A stretch of DNA of 64,000 nt from Eledone cirrhosa (lineage: Eukaryota): assembly GCA_964016885.1 (NCBI GenBank), contig OZ024741.1, positions 81,654,001-81,718,000 on the forward strand, written 5' to 3'. How positions within the stretch are numbered: the stretch's first letter is position 1; each line of letters opens with the position of its first letter. Position numbers and translations under genes: made by a program. The notes beneath the pieces are model-generated. The model ran no database searches. It was not told the origin of the DNA and saw nothing but the letters and a program-made list of their open reading frames with translations. Shown piece after piece: positions 24,394 through 37,526 of the stretch.

Positions 24394-26493
24394 CTATTGG
24401 GGTGATAACCCGTTTAGTTTTGGTTTAAATTTGTTAAGGAATAGATTTTCTTTGTTTATTCTTTGTTGCTGTGTGAACGAATCTGAGCACTTGTAGAAGG
24501 GGAAGATTTTAAAGTTGGGTAGTGTCATTCCTGCGCAGTTCGGAATATGGCTGCTCAAGGGGATTTTTCTTGTGCTAGCGTCCCGGATTTGTTGGCGGTG
24601 GATGGTCATTCTTTTGCGTAATGAGGTGCCCGTCTGTCCTATGTAGTTGTGTTTGCACCCACCGCAAGTTATTGCGTAAATCAAGTTCTCCGAGTTGCAG
24701 GTGAAATTGTTTTTTACTGTAAATGTTTGGCCATCTTTAAATGTAAATTTTTGTCCTTCAGTGAGGTAGAGGCACGTTCCACAGTTTGTTCTACCACATT
24801 TGGTAACTGTAGGGTTGAGGATTGGTTTGGGTATATTTGGTCCAGTGAGTATGCGTTTTAGTGATTTGGGTTGTCTTTTACTTTTAAGGATCTTGTGTGT
24901 TTCAAGAATAGACTTCATTTTTACATCTTTAAGTAGGATGGGGAGGTTTTTGTGTAGGTGATCAAACATTTCGGTATTTCTGAGGTTGAAAGTGGATACA
25001 TATGGCAGGGTGTTGAGTGTGGTTTTCTGTTTTGGATTGTTAAGTTGATGGGGATTTAGGTGTTTTGCTCTGTCTATTCCATTGTTGATTATTTCAAGTG
25101 GAAAGGCTCTTAAGATAAGGGTGTCTTTTAGTTCCTTTAGTCTTTGCTCCCGTTTAGGTGGATCTGATACTATGGTACATATACGTTTGGCCAAATTGTA
25201 AGGGATGTTAAGTTTTGTATGTTTTGGGTGACTTGATGTGAAAAAGAGGTATTGCTTGGAATCTGTGGGTTTATAGAATATATCTGTATCTAATTTCCCG
25301 TCTATTACAGAGATGAGAATATCCAAGAAGGCTAATTCCTTGGGATTGGATTCCATTGTGAATTGTATATTATTATCTATGTTGTTTATCATGTTTTTAA
25401 ACATAGTAAGTGAGTTCATGTCTTCTTGCCATAGGATAAAGCAGTCGTCTAGATATCTTTTCCAATTGGCTTTGAGGTGCGTGTGGAAAGAGTCTCCAAA
25501 TAAGAGAAGGGACTGACTGTATATTTGTTGTTCATGGAATCCCATGACTAGGTTGGCATATGTTGAACCATTGAATGTGAAGTAGTTATTTTGTAGGATA
25601 AAGCGGAGTCCGTCAATGATAAAATCTTTGTTGATGCGTGTCGGTATTTCTGATGGGTGTGTGTTAAGCCAGTATTGGACTGCTGTTATTCCATAGTTGT
25701 GGGGTATGTTTGTGTAGAGGTTTATTACGTCAAAGGAGACAAGAATTGTATTTGCACTTACTGTTTTAGGGAGGTGTTTCAGCATGTCAAGGTCATCTCG
25801 TATGTAGCTCTGTATATGTTGTAGAAAGGGTTTCAGTAGGATGTCCAGAAAGTTGCTATGTCTGTGGGTTTCACATGTAGGGCCTGCTATAATTGGCCTG
25901 AGTTTTAGGTCTTCTGGTGGTGTTAGTTCAATGTAATTGTTGGTTGAGGTGTCACAGGCATCGTTTATGGGTTTACATTTGTGGAGTTTCGGTAAGCCGT
26001 AAAAAGAGCTTGTATTGCATTTGAAGTGGCTTATATAGTTAAACTCTTTTGTGGTTAAGCTGTTGCGGTATTTATTCAGTAAGGTCAAAAGGTTCCCCAT
26101 TGTTTTGGTGTGTTTGTAGTTTTCTGTTTTTTCATAGTATGTGTTGTTTTCTAAAATGTTAAGTGCGAGGGTCCTATAGTAGTCCGTATTCATAATGACA
26201 ACAGTACTGCCTTTATCGGCTTCTTTGATAGTTATCTCAGGGTTGTTTCTAAGTGTAAATAATTCTTCCCATTCGTGTGTAGATAGGTTTGATTTCGTGT
26301 GTTTATTTGTAATTTTTTCATAGGGAAAGTTGGTGATGTGTTCGCAGTACGTGTCCAGTGCTTTATTTCTTCCCTTTTGTGGGCAGAAATTGCTTTTATT
26401 TCTAACCAGTGATTCGTCTTCAGTGTTGGTGTCGTTGTGGAGGAATTCCGTTAGTCGCAGCTTTCGGCAGTATTCCATGATGTCATCCTTCAT
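24394..26493 (-). CDS. PLE reverse transcriptase plus GIY-YIG endonuclease (699 aa visible; internal RT deletion)
   Basis: [46 protein letters not shown], linker C....C..[9 protein letters not shown]..C...YIGQT...R...H. The frame extends upstream through IINLS..[9 protein letters not shown] to a G run near 26612-26625. Confidence 0.88.
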   Translation of the reverse strand: [699 protein letters not shown]

Positions 26494-26879
26494 TTCGGGG
26501 AAGTTTGGTTTACGTGGTGTAGGTGTAAATTTCAGGCCCTTACTTAAAATGTTGATTTGTGTGTTGGTTAGAGGTGTCTTTGAGAGGTTGATTATTTTTG
26601 GTTTCTCCTGAGGGGGGGGGGGGGGATCGAGTATCCTGGTATTTCAGGCTTTTCCCTAAAAAAGGAATGTAGTTTTGTGTGTGATTATATTTTGTTGGTC
26701 TGTTGCGTGTGGGTCTGTAGCTTGTTGTTTCAAGAGGATGAGTGTGATGGTGGGGTGGTATGTGTTGTGGTTGTTGATGAGCAAGGGTTCTGTTGTTGGT
26801 TCATGTGGTCTGGGTGCGTTATTTCTGTGGTACAGAGTGTGTATGTGTGTGTGTATGTATGTGTGTATATGTGTGTATG

Positions 26880-26928
<49 letters not shown>

Positions 26929-27263
26929 ATGTATGTGTGGATGAAGGTATGTGTGTATATATAGGTGTAAGTGCACTAAATCCCTTTCTATCAATCTCCC
27001 CTCCCCTACCGAGCACAGGAAGATATATGTATGTATATTGCTTCCACCCCCTCACTGACCAGCAGCTGGCCTTCTGGCCATTGCTAAATTTGACCTTTAT
27101 AAAATAACCCACACCCCAAATAACTTCTCATTCACTACCAGAAGCAGTCAACGAGTTGCTACCAAGATGAAAACTACTATGAAATCCCACAATGAATTCT
27201 ATACTTGAATTTTCAAATCTCAAATTTTAACTCTTCTTATTATTAATTTTTCTTAATATTAAT

Positions 27264-27313
27264 CAACATTTGAAAAGATGGCTTTTGCAGACCCATCGAA
27301 ACCGGTCATTTTT
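27264..27313 (+). ncRNA. Type I hammerhead, U3-A8 core, in the inverted pLTR of PLE B
   Basis: TTGAAAA at 27270, GATGG/CCATC helix, GAAA at 27298, then CCGG-TC. Confidence 0.68.
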
Positions 27314-27410
27314 TATATCCTTTATTATTTCCTTACCTTATAAAATTATGTTTTTTTCACAAAAAAGTATTCTGTCTCTTATATATTCCATGTGCCATTA
27401 CAAACCTCAA

Positions 27411-27544
<134 letters not shown>

Positions 27545-27549
27545 ATATA

Positions 27550-27790
27550 TTTATTAAAATAACAGATTAAAGTTTAAGCAAAGAATAGGTGCTTTCAACC
27601 TTAACGGGATCTTCTGAAAGCTCTGAGTTCTCAGAAGATCCCGCTAAGGGTGAAAGCAGCGATTGTTTGCTTAACATTTAATTTGATATTTTAATATATA
27701 TTTGCTCTAGGGTTCTTATATATTTGATATATATTTATTCTTATCGAGCCCTCTTTGCTATTTTAGTCTTCACATTTATTATTATTACTA
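27550..27790. mobile_element. Miniature PLE-A family insertion: pLTR end plus inverted pLTR, no ORF
   Basis: 27550-27620 matches 20481-20550. 27630-27695 is its imperfect reverse complement. 27712-27790 matches 22857-22935. Contains a degenerate hammerhead-like CAGAAGA-TCCC..GGGT-GAAAGC. Confidence 0.75.
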
Positions 27791-27802
27791 TACACACACA
27801 TA

Positions 27803-27978
<176 letters not shown>

Positions 27979-28785
27979 TATATATATATATGAAAACAGG
28001 GAGAAAAAGACGATTATTAGGAAGAAACATATATTTCTTTCCTTTTTATATATATATATATATTCGTTTATTATGGCTAAATGGTGAGTTTATTACTCTG
28101 GAGTTCCACCAGCGGATTCGCGAGATTATCAGGTAAGACTAAATTTGGAGAGTTGTTTTTGAATGGGTGTGTCAGGAGGGAAAGAAGGGAGTTATGAAAA
28201 GTTGAAGAGAAAGGAACTTACTTGTATGCAGGCAAGGTGAGAGTGATACACCTCATCACAGGAACTTTAAATACTCTCGCTTCAGCTACCAGCATTTTGA
28301 ACTCACAAGGAGAAACACTCACACCTTGACTGCATACAAGGAAATTAGCCCTATGCCGCTTCAAGCATATCTATGTCCCGGATGATACCGAACTGCATAC
28401 AGGATAATTTACTATTTTCATAGAACATTCACTGGATAAAGATGCGTACCGGATTGTACATTTAGCGAAAGACCCACACACACTCAGTCTCCAGTCCATC
28501 CACCGACACCCATGCTATACACATTCAGACTGCGAGAGTTCCCACCACCATCCATTATAGATTCTACATCTTGTGGACTATTGCCACCAACAGAGCTTTT
28601 CAGATTGTGGCTAACCCAACTTTGCCATCTAACTTTACTTCCTTAGTTTGTTAATTCCTAATTCCTTATTTTCTTACTTCTCACCTTTTTCAAATCTTTT
28701 AACTTTTGTACTCCTCGACTATTGCCTTCACCCAGGGCATAAATAGAAGCGCTAATATACAATATATTTCATATTTTATATTCTA

Positions 28786-28888
<103 letters not shown>

Positions 28889-28901
28889 TCTCTCTCTCTC
28901 T

Positions 28902-28988
<87 letters not shown>

Positions 28989-29984
28989 TACTTTCATATT
29001 TTCCTTGACTTTGCCTCTACCATCTCCGTTATCATATCACTATAATTTCATTAATTTCAACATCATCATCACCATCATTGTATATACCGTAGCCCTTGGC
29101 TTTTCAACTAATTCCATTATCGACCTCCACTAATCGTCACACACTCATCTACCCACCTAAGTTATTTTCTATACATTATAACCTCAAATTTTCGCTTTTG
29201 CTAATCTCACAAATTTCATTTTATCACCACCACCATATATACAATGTCCATTTCTATTCCTTTTTCTCTTTTTCTTTTACTTCGTTTTAGCTCTTTTTTA
29301 TTTACATCTTTTTCTTTCCATCACCCCTTATCTCTTTCCTTTTTATATCTACTCCAACATCATCATCATCTGCAAAAGTAAATCAATTACCCTCAAATAC
29401 ACGCATCTACCCATCAAGGTTATTTTCATCACAACTATCATCACCCACAAGGAGAAATTTACTGAACCGTTTCATTTGATTCACACTATCCACTACCACA
29501 ATACAAAGGCCATACCCATCATACTGTTTCTTTATTAATTCAAGTTTTCTCATCTAACTCTATTTTAAAATATGTTTTATTCACCCCTACCAATTAATAC
29601 ATGATCACCCATCTACCCAAGTTATTTTCCATTCAACTCATCTACTCTCTTCATAATCATCATCAGCTGAAACGCACCCCTTTTTCTAATTCCTATTTTC
29701 AACTTTATTATCATCATCATCATCGCACATATGTCCACAACTTCCTTATTTCTCTTTCCCAAATTCCCTTCTTTCCCTCCTGACATATCCATCCAAAATA
29801 CACATACCTCTACTTCAGACTTCCCCTACATTGGTTCCGTTATTGAAAATTTAGTCATGTGTGCTGATCCCTCGAATGCTAAGGTAAAATTCTAGACTCA
29901 CTACATTGCCATAATTGAATATTTAAATTTTACTTCGGTACTGAGTACTCTTTCTCCCGCCCGTCAATAATAAACGGATAGATC

Positions 29985-30150
29985 AATTCGACGGACTTCT
30001 GCACAGTTTCCTTCAACCAACTGTCACACAGAAGTCATTGGTGAAGTCTTAGCTAGAGGTAAAACACATTTTTCTAAAGTTTCAAGCAGTGTGACTAGAC
30101 CCAAAGCCTCGTGATTGTGAAACGAACTCCATAACTATACGCCCCAGCCT
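29985..30150 (-). mobile_element. Degraded tRNA-derived SINE (family S2)
   Basis: The reverse complement has a tRNA-like head and ends GGAAACTGTGCAGAAGTCCGTCG. Similar to 58005-58140. Confidence 0.55.
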
Positions 30151-30846
30151 ACGTCTGTGTATGAAGGTATATGTACATTTTCGTAAGTGTGCACGCGCGT
30201 CAGTATGCATTTTCTATATATTAAAGACTAATCAGAGCTAGGCAAATTTCTAAAACCACCCAGAGACAGGTAACAGAACAGACTTTTTTTTACATAATTT
30301 TAAACACCACTGTAAGAAATATATTTACTACAATAGATAGAAAACTTAAAGAATACGTTCCATCTCATACACTTAGTAGTCAATGCAAAACTCTATCGAC
30401 AGAGTTTCGACAGTTTCGAACAATTGAAGAAATTCAAATACATATTCATTAGATTTAAGGCTCGTCCATTAGCTGCTGGAGAATCCAATTTATTCATTTC
30501 AGTTTTTCAAATGCTTTCCAGATGTTGCATAATAAATTTTCCCTCAACATATTGCATTTTCTTCTAACCGTTATTTTTAACACATGCTTCAAAGTTTCTA
30601 TGCCAGAAAACTTATTTTGGTAAACTGGATAAGATTATCATTAGCTAGTGGCTTCCAATTTGATGTCGAATTCAATTTTGACTCCCCGCGCATATATAAC
30701 ATATGGACAGAAAACGGAGGTCAACATTGTTTTCATTTTGCTTCCTGTATACATATGTATGTGCCCCCGTCTCTCTCTCCCCCTCTCTATCTTTCTCTCT
30801 CTCTCTATCTATCTATCCATCTATATATATATATATATGTATTTAT

Positions 30847-30949
<103 letters not shown>

Positions 30950-31019
30950 ATATATATGTATACATATATACACATATATATATATATGAATGTATATATA
31001 TATGTATATATATATATAT

Positions 31020-33120
31020 GGTTCGCTACTCCATATAATATTTCTGGATCAAATGATTATATATCATTATTGATCTGGTTCAGTTGAAAATAATTAACAT
31101 AGGTAAAGATAGAGCAGCTCATCGGAACTTCTAAAGGAATATAAATTAAAATAAGGAAAGAAAGTTACATAAATGTAATGTTCCATATATTGGTATTTCA
31201 CTATGGTGTCCTGGGTATATCAATTGTCTGCCATAGTGGAGCAGTATTCTTCTGTCGAGGTTGCATTGTGTGAGATCTGCCTATGGGTAACAAGATGGCC
31301 GCCAATGGACATATTTACCTTACTAATTAGAGGGTGGTTTCAGGGGAAGTAACTCCTCGAGAGATTAGAAATTGTGGGTAGTTTATAGTTAAGTGCTAAT
31401 GTTTTAATTTTTTAATTGAGAGACAATGTAAGGGAGGTAACTTATAATTATATAAGTTAGTTATAGGTATTTAACTTATTAGCTACAAGTAAAAATGGGG
31501 CTAGATGACTATGTTGGGTCAAATATTCTGTTGGCGAAGGAATTAGCCCTTCGATGTTGACAGCTAATAGTTACCTCCGTTCTATCGTTAATCGGTAGAG
31601 GTCGTGATAGAGTTATGTAATATGCTTCGGTAAGACAGAGGTCACAAGATTTTCTTCGTCCATTGAACGGTTGGGCCCGAGCCAAGATATCCCATGTTAG
31701 TGAGTGTTCAATGTTGGTTGATTTAAGGTTTTTAATGAGCCTAGCTAGAGATGTCGAAGATCTATTGTTAGGGTCTCGGAAGGAAAAAGAGTGTGCGTTA
31801 TAGCGTACCTTAAAATAGTTAGCGGTAGACCCGATATAGGAGCTGGTATGCGAAGCAGTTTTAACCGTGCACCTATAGACTATGTTGGGTGTCAGGCAAT
31901 GTCCATTTAGTGGGCATACATTAGGGTAACGGCAGCTGCAGTTACTTCTGCGATTAGTAAGAGTAGGGTTGTTCAACCTAAGCGGTTGGTCAGTGCTAGA
32001 AGCATTAGATGGGGGAGGTGTGCTACTAGAGTAAGTATTGGTGTAGTGGCGTGGTGTATTTAATGGGGGTGGTGGTACCGCGGTGTGGGAGTTATACTGT
32101 CTTAGTTTATGATGGTTACTGAATGCGATGTGGCTAGCTAGGTTAGGTGTTGTGGAGAATGAGATTTTAATGTTATTTTTATTAAAGAGTTTGTAATATC
32201 TATGGTTAGGGGTGAAATGTTTAGATAAGATAGAGAAGAAGCGTTTAGGGATATTAGTGGCTAGATTAGATGAGATTGGGAGGTTAAGCCAGGTGATATT
32301 TCTAAGCCTATACCTTCTAGGGTTCTAGTGGAGTTGGTAGGGGCCTTCATAGGGTTATTATTACCTGGGCATTTGTTAATTGTCATCCCATTGCTCATTC
32401 CTATTCTAGGGTTGATTTTTAGTTTGCTACTTGGAGTGGGAAGCAAGTCACTGTCACCATTAAGGTTCCCTGTATAAGTGCTGTTACTGCTAAAATTCCG
32501 GCGAATCTGGCTATATGCTAAGGTATTTCTAGTTCTAGTGTTAAGTTTATTATGGTTGTGGTGAATTGCTGTGTTATGGCATTTAGGTATGTAGTAAATG
32601 GACTGTTCATAACCAGATTCAGAAAGAGCCTTATTATAATATGCTGCATGGTTTATAAATATCTCCTTGCTGATAGCATGGAGATCCTATACGAGATAGA
32701 TTTGATGTCTTCCGGTGGGTGGCTAGAGTGTGGGCTAATATATGTAAGTATTTCACCTGGTTTATGGTAAGGGTAATATAGGTTATTGTTTAAGATCCAG
32801 GGTAACGTCTAGGAAGTTTACTACTTTATGGTTCAGCTCGATGGTGATAGAGAGACCGTTATTTTAAAAGAATCTATGTAATTGTTTTTTGAGCAAGTCA
32901 ATGCCTCGATTAGTGCAATTGTGGACTGCAAATAGGGCGTCGTCCCTGTATATTCCGACTTGCAAGGGTTGGATTTCGGCTCTGATGTTATGTAATAGGT
33001 AAATTCCAACTAAATCGGTGATTTGCGCAGAGTCACTTGAGCCCATCGTGATGTCAAAGTTGTCTGTTCTCTCTTTTCTAGTCCAGAGTGCTCCGTTGAA
33101 TTCAATGATGGTCTGCCTAG
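31020..33120 (-). mobile_element. Penelope-like element C (same type as A), 5'-truncated, degraded
   Basis: FDITMGSSDSAQITDLVG, YRDDAL, CSCR....CPLNGHC, IVYRC...YIGST, CDLCLTE. 3' region runs into (TA)n. Confidence 0.88.
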
Positions 33121-33593
33121 CAAGGCGGAATATACAGGGACGATATATTTGTGGTCTTGTTTTGCTTAACTAATGAATATTTCCAGCTCTGTACACTAAC
33201 CTCTGCATGAACCCAGCCACCTAGCTGCTTTCCACTGCATATTGCGCATTGAGCACATGCCTTTACGCTTTGGCTTCTAACTAATTCACCAATCTCCTCT
33301 CCTATCTCCATCTCTCTCTTTAAGATTGGTTACTCTTGAACTGTATATATATATATTTACATTATGTTCTTGAGCAAAAAACCTTATTTCACGTTGCTTC
33401 GCTAACCTTGGGTGGCAAAAATATGTTGTATCTCTAATTCAACGGGTTGGACCTTGCCACACTGTTTCACGACGAAATCAATGTAAAGGGTGCATGTGGA
33501 ATGCTCAGCCACTTGCACGTTTATTTCACAAGCAGACTGCTCCGTTGATTGAATTAACTACACACACACAGACAAATCCCCCCTTCCCTCCCA

Positions 33594-33634
<41 letters not shown>

Positions 33635-33637
<3 letters not shown>

Positions 33638-33712
33638 CACCTGAAGATTGGGTCACAATTTTGATCCTTCTTACATTCTGGAAATATGGCCGTGAAACCT
33701 TAGGTGGCGCTT
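33635..33712 (+). ncRNA. Degenerate type I hammerhead next to (TA)n
   Basis: Helix I AAGCAC/GCGCTT, CTGAAGA at 33641, GAAA at 33694, helix III ACCT.AGGT. The cleavage triplet is GUG, so it is predicted inactive. Confidence 0.5.
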
Positions 33713-34320
33713 TCGTTTAGCTTTTGTTTTGTGTATGAACATGAATAAATAATATATCCGCTCTCTTATCGATTGAGCACTGTTTTAATTTTTCACACCT
33801 ACCAATATTTTCTACACAGACACACACACATATATATATGTCTGTGTGTATGTTTGTGTCTGTATGTGTGTGTATGTGTGTGTGTATGTGTTTGAATATA
33901 TGGCTAGAGGTCAATAACATTCATATTTTTCTTCTGTAAATAACAGAAATAGTTAATTTTTGCAAACATTCTACACATCAAATATTTCTCTTACAGTGCT
34001 GTTGCTGATATTATTTCTGTTGTCTTTTGAGTTCAAATCTAGCGAATGTTAACTTTGCCTTTAATCCTTCGGTGGTCGATAAAATAAAGCAGCAGTCAAG
34101 TACTGGGTCGATTTAATAGACTTGCCCACCTCCAAATTAATGGCTTTGTGTAAAGTAGAAATTATACCTTTGTTACCATTCCAGTTTAAATTCTGCGATG
34201 GTCAACTTTGCTTTTCATCCTCCCGCGTTCGATGATCTAAAATTATATTTAAGAACTGGGTTTGATTTATTCGACTTTTTCATCCCCCTTAGATTTAAAG
34301 GTTTATCTATCTATCTATCT

Positions 34321-36460
34321 AGGGCGGGTAAAATTCCTGAGATCCATGGACGAGTTCTCTCCAGCGAACTCTGTCCTTCATCATTGCCGCTATGTACTGC
34401 GTCTCCCAGAGACTAGTGTCTGTCTTTAGGGCATCAATATATGTCAACCTTGGTCTCCCTCTTCCAGTGTGTCCCACAGGACCACTGAGTGCAGTGTCAA
34501 CTCTGAATGTCGGTGAGCATGTCCAGCTAACCCCAATCTCCTCTGTGTTACTTTCGAGCTGACCTTTGTGAGGCTCCCGTACAGCTCTGAGTTCTTCATC
34601 CTCAGTGTATACTGATTAATGTTCAGAGCCATCCTCAGCATTCTCGTGTAGCACCCATCCACCATCTGAGTGAATTTCTTAGTCAGTGTCCAAGTCTCAG
34701 ACCCGTACAGCAGCACAGACTTCACTGTGGCAACGAAGAGACGGATCTTTAGGTCTTTACGAAGGTCCGATTTCCACACCGATCTCAAACTGTGGCATCC
34801 TCTGTGTTCCTAATCTTTGCTACCAGATACAGGAAGTTCTCAACCAACTCTAGCGGATTCCCGCCTACATTCATAATCTTCTCTGGCTTCTTAATGTTCT
34901 CTACCAGATGCTTCGTCTTAATCTCATTCATTCTCAGCCCCACAATAATTGACACAGTCTCCACCTCCTACATTAATTCCTCTGCTTCCTTCACTGTGTT
35001 TATCACCAGAACACTGTCGTCAGCAAATTCAGCATCTGATATCTTTTTCACTTTAAATCTCCTTCTCTGAGCCAGTGATATAATAAAGCCAAAGTCCTGG
35101 TGTTTCTCCAGTGTTAGTCGCATACAATAGTCCACAAAGATGATAAATAGTAGGGAACCAATGTATATCCCTGGAGCACTCCAGCCAGTATCTCAAAGAA
35201 CTCTGTCATCCCATCAGATGTAATGACTTGGGCTCTGGCATTGGTGTAGAGCAGTGATATCACGTCCACTATCTTCTTGGGGATTCCATAAGACTGTAAG
35301 ATCCTCATCAGGCAGTGATAGTCCACAGAATCAAAGGCCTTCCTAAAGTCAATGAAAACCATGACAGCAGGAAAGCTCTTTGCTCTAGTTCCCTCTAATA
35401 TCCTCCACAGCATCAGGATGTGACTGGTGGTTGATGATCCCTCTCTGAAGCCGTTCTGGTTGTCCCTGAGCTTCTTCCCCATCTCGGGCTGGATCCTGTT
35501 AAGAATCATCCTGTTGAGGGTCTTTGCCACAAGATCGTCCAGCTCTCGTTACACCTAGCCCTGTCAACCGCTCTCTCCCCATTTCTGATCTTCTCTATCA
35601 GCGCCTCCTCTCTGGCCTCAGTGTAAGCGGTACAGAGGTTTTCTTTCATCACCTTCACATTTTGCTACCTCTTCTCCGTAGGATCAGCATGGAATTGGTC
35701 ATTGAAAGCTGCCAAGGACCAATTCCATGCTGATCCTTGGCAGCTTTCATGCATTCTCTGGCTGCACACACTTCTGGGTTTGCAGAACTGACGTTCTTCC
35801 TCTTCTTGGCACCAGCGCCTCACATGCTTCTACCACTGCATTGGTGAAGTACCCGTACCTCCTCGTCACACTCTTTTCTTTCCCTCCAATCTCTCTCTCC
35901 CCTGCCTCTCCACATAGAGCACTGAACCTGTTCCCCACTTCTACTGTGCACCTCTCCTATAGTTTATCATCTTCCTTGAAAGCTCCCCAGTCATAGATCG
36001 CTCTCCGGGACTGAGCCTTACTCTTTCTTAAGCGCACCCGGACCTCACTCATAACAAGCCAGTGGTGACTGCCCAGTGTACTGAAATAATTGTATGGTTT
36101 TGTGTTCAGAACATTATTCCGCCACTTCTTCCTCACCAGAATGAAATAAATCTGGGACTTGGACAGGTGCATATCAGAGATGTAGGTCAACATCTTCCCC
36201 GGATTATTCCTAAACCTAGGCTGGTTGCCATCAAGTTTGCCTCCAGCAGGGTGTCCCTCAGTAGTCTTCCGTTTCGGTTGGTGTTGTTATGTACCAGCAA
36301 GGATATTTACTGCTCTCCTTACTCTGATGTGCATTGAAGTCACCCAGAACAAACGGGATGTTATGAGCTCCCATGGTCTTGACAGCTCTACACACTTCCT
36401 CATGGAACTCCTCTGCACTCAGTTGGACTATAGGCTGAGATGACTGTTAGCCTTGGGCTT
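34321..36460 (-). mobile_element. RTE-clade LINE, degraded (APE remnant plus RT)
   Basis: NQNGFREG, FIDFRKAFDSV, GVLQG, FADD, LLYGSETWTLT, LAGH. Many lesions; (ATAG)n tail at 34305-34320. Confidence 0.85.
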
Positions 36461-36554
36461 TTATTGAAGATCACCCTCAACACTCGCAGGGAGACAGCTA
36501 TGGTTTCCCTCACTAAAACATCTTGTGCCTAAATTCGAAACCATTATTATTATT

Positions 36555-37350
36555 AAGGGCGCTGGATTGGCAAAATCCGTAGAGCGTCGGACACCCTGCT
36601 TCGCAGCTTAGAGTTACGTCTCTTTATGTTCTGAGTTCAAATCCCGCCGAGGTTAACTTTGCCTTTCATCCTTATGGAGTCGATAAAACAAAGTATCAGT
36701 CATGCACTGGGATAATTGCTGGCCTTGTGCCAAAAGTAGAAACAATTATTATTATTAAGGGCAGTGAGTTGGCTGTATCGGCAGAGTGTCAGACACCATG
36801 GTTTTGCAGCATCGAGTTACGTTCTTTTACGTCCTGAGTTCAAATCCCACTGAGGTTAGCTTTGCCTTTCATCCTTACGGGGTAAAATAGAGTACCAGTA
36901 ACGCACTAGGGTCGATTTAATCGACTTTCCCATCCCCTTCAGATTGCTGGCCATGTGCCTCAGGTGGAAACAATTATTATTATTAAAAGCAACGAATTGC
37001 TAGAATCGTTAGAGAGTCGGACAAAATGCTTTGTGGTGATTGTTACGTTTCTTTATCTTCTGAGTTTAAATCAAGTTGAGGTAAACCTTGCGTCTTATCC
37101 TTCCTGGTTCGATGAAATAAAGTACGTGTTATGTATTTGGATGAATTTAATCGACTTTTTCTTTCCAACAAAATTGCTGACCTTGTGCCTAGATTAGAAG
37201 CTATTATTAAGTGCAGTGGATTACCAGAATAGTTAAAGCGTCAGGAAAAATACCTTTTCTGGGTTCAGAATCAAGCCAAGGCTAACTTTACATTTTGTCC
37301 TTCTGGGGGTCAATAAATATAGTTTCAGTCCAATATTAAAGTCGATTCTT
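36555..37350 (+). mobile_element. Head-to-tail array of four S1 SINEs joined by (ATT)n
   Basis: Units begin near 36555, 36757, 36985 and 37209, each preceded by ATT repeats. A further S1 3' end lies at 36522-36542. Other S1 pieces occur near 13067-13100, 14280-14442, 34025-34300 and 43665-43750. Confidence 0.85.
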
Positions 37351-37411
37351 CTCTTTTATACATTCCTTTTCTTGCTTTCTTTCTCTTATTAGCCCTATTT
37401 TTCTCTTGCAG

Positions 37412-37526
37412 ATGCCACCAGGAGTGTAGTGGGTATGAATGGATAAATGGAAAGATTGGGTTGTTATTTGTGGCAGGTCATGCCACCACATTCATAGACC
37501 TTTTCTCATTGGTTTATTACTCATGA
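37412..37526 (+). other. Candidate host exon (possible terminal exon or microexon)
   Basis: Long polypyrimidine tract ending TTGCAG at 37411, then non-repetitive sequence. About 1.2 kb of unique AT-rich 3'UTR-like DNA with AATAAA follows. Frame is ambiguous. Confidence 0.3.
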
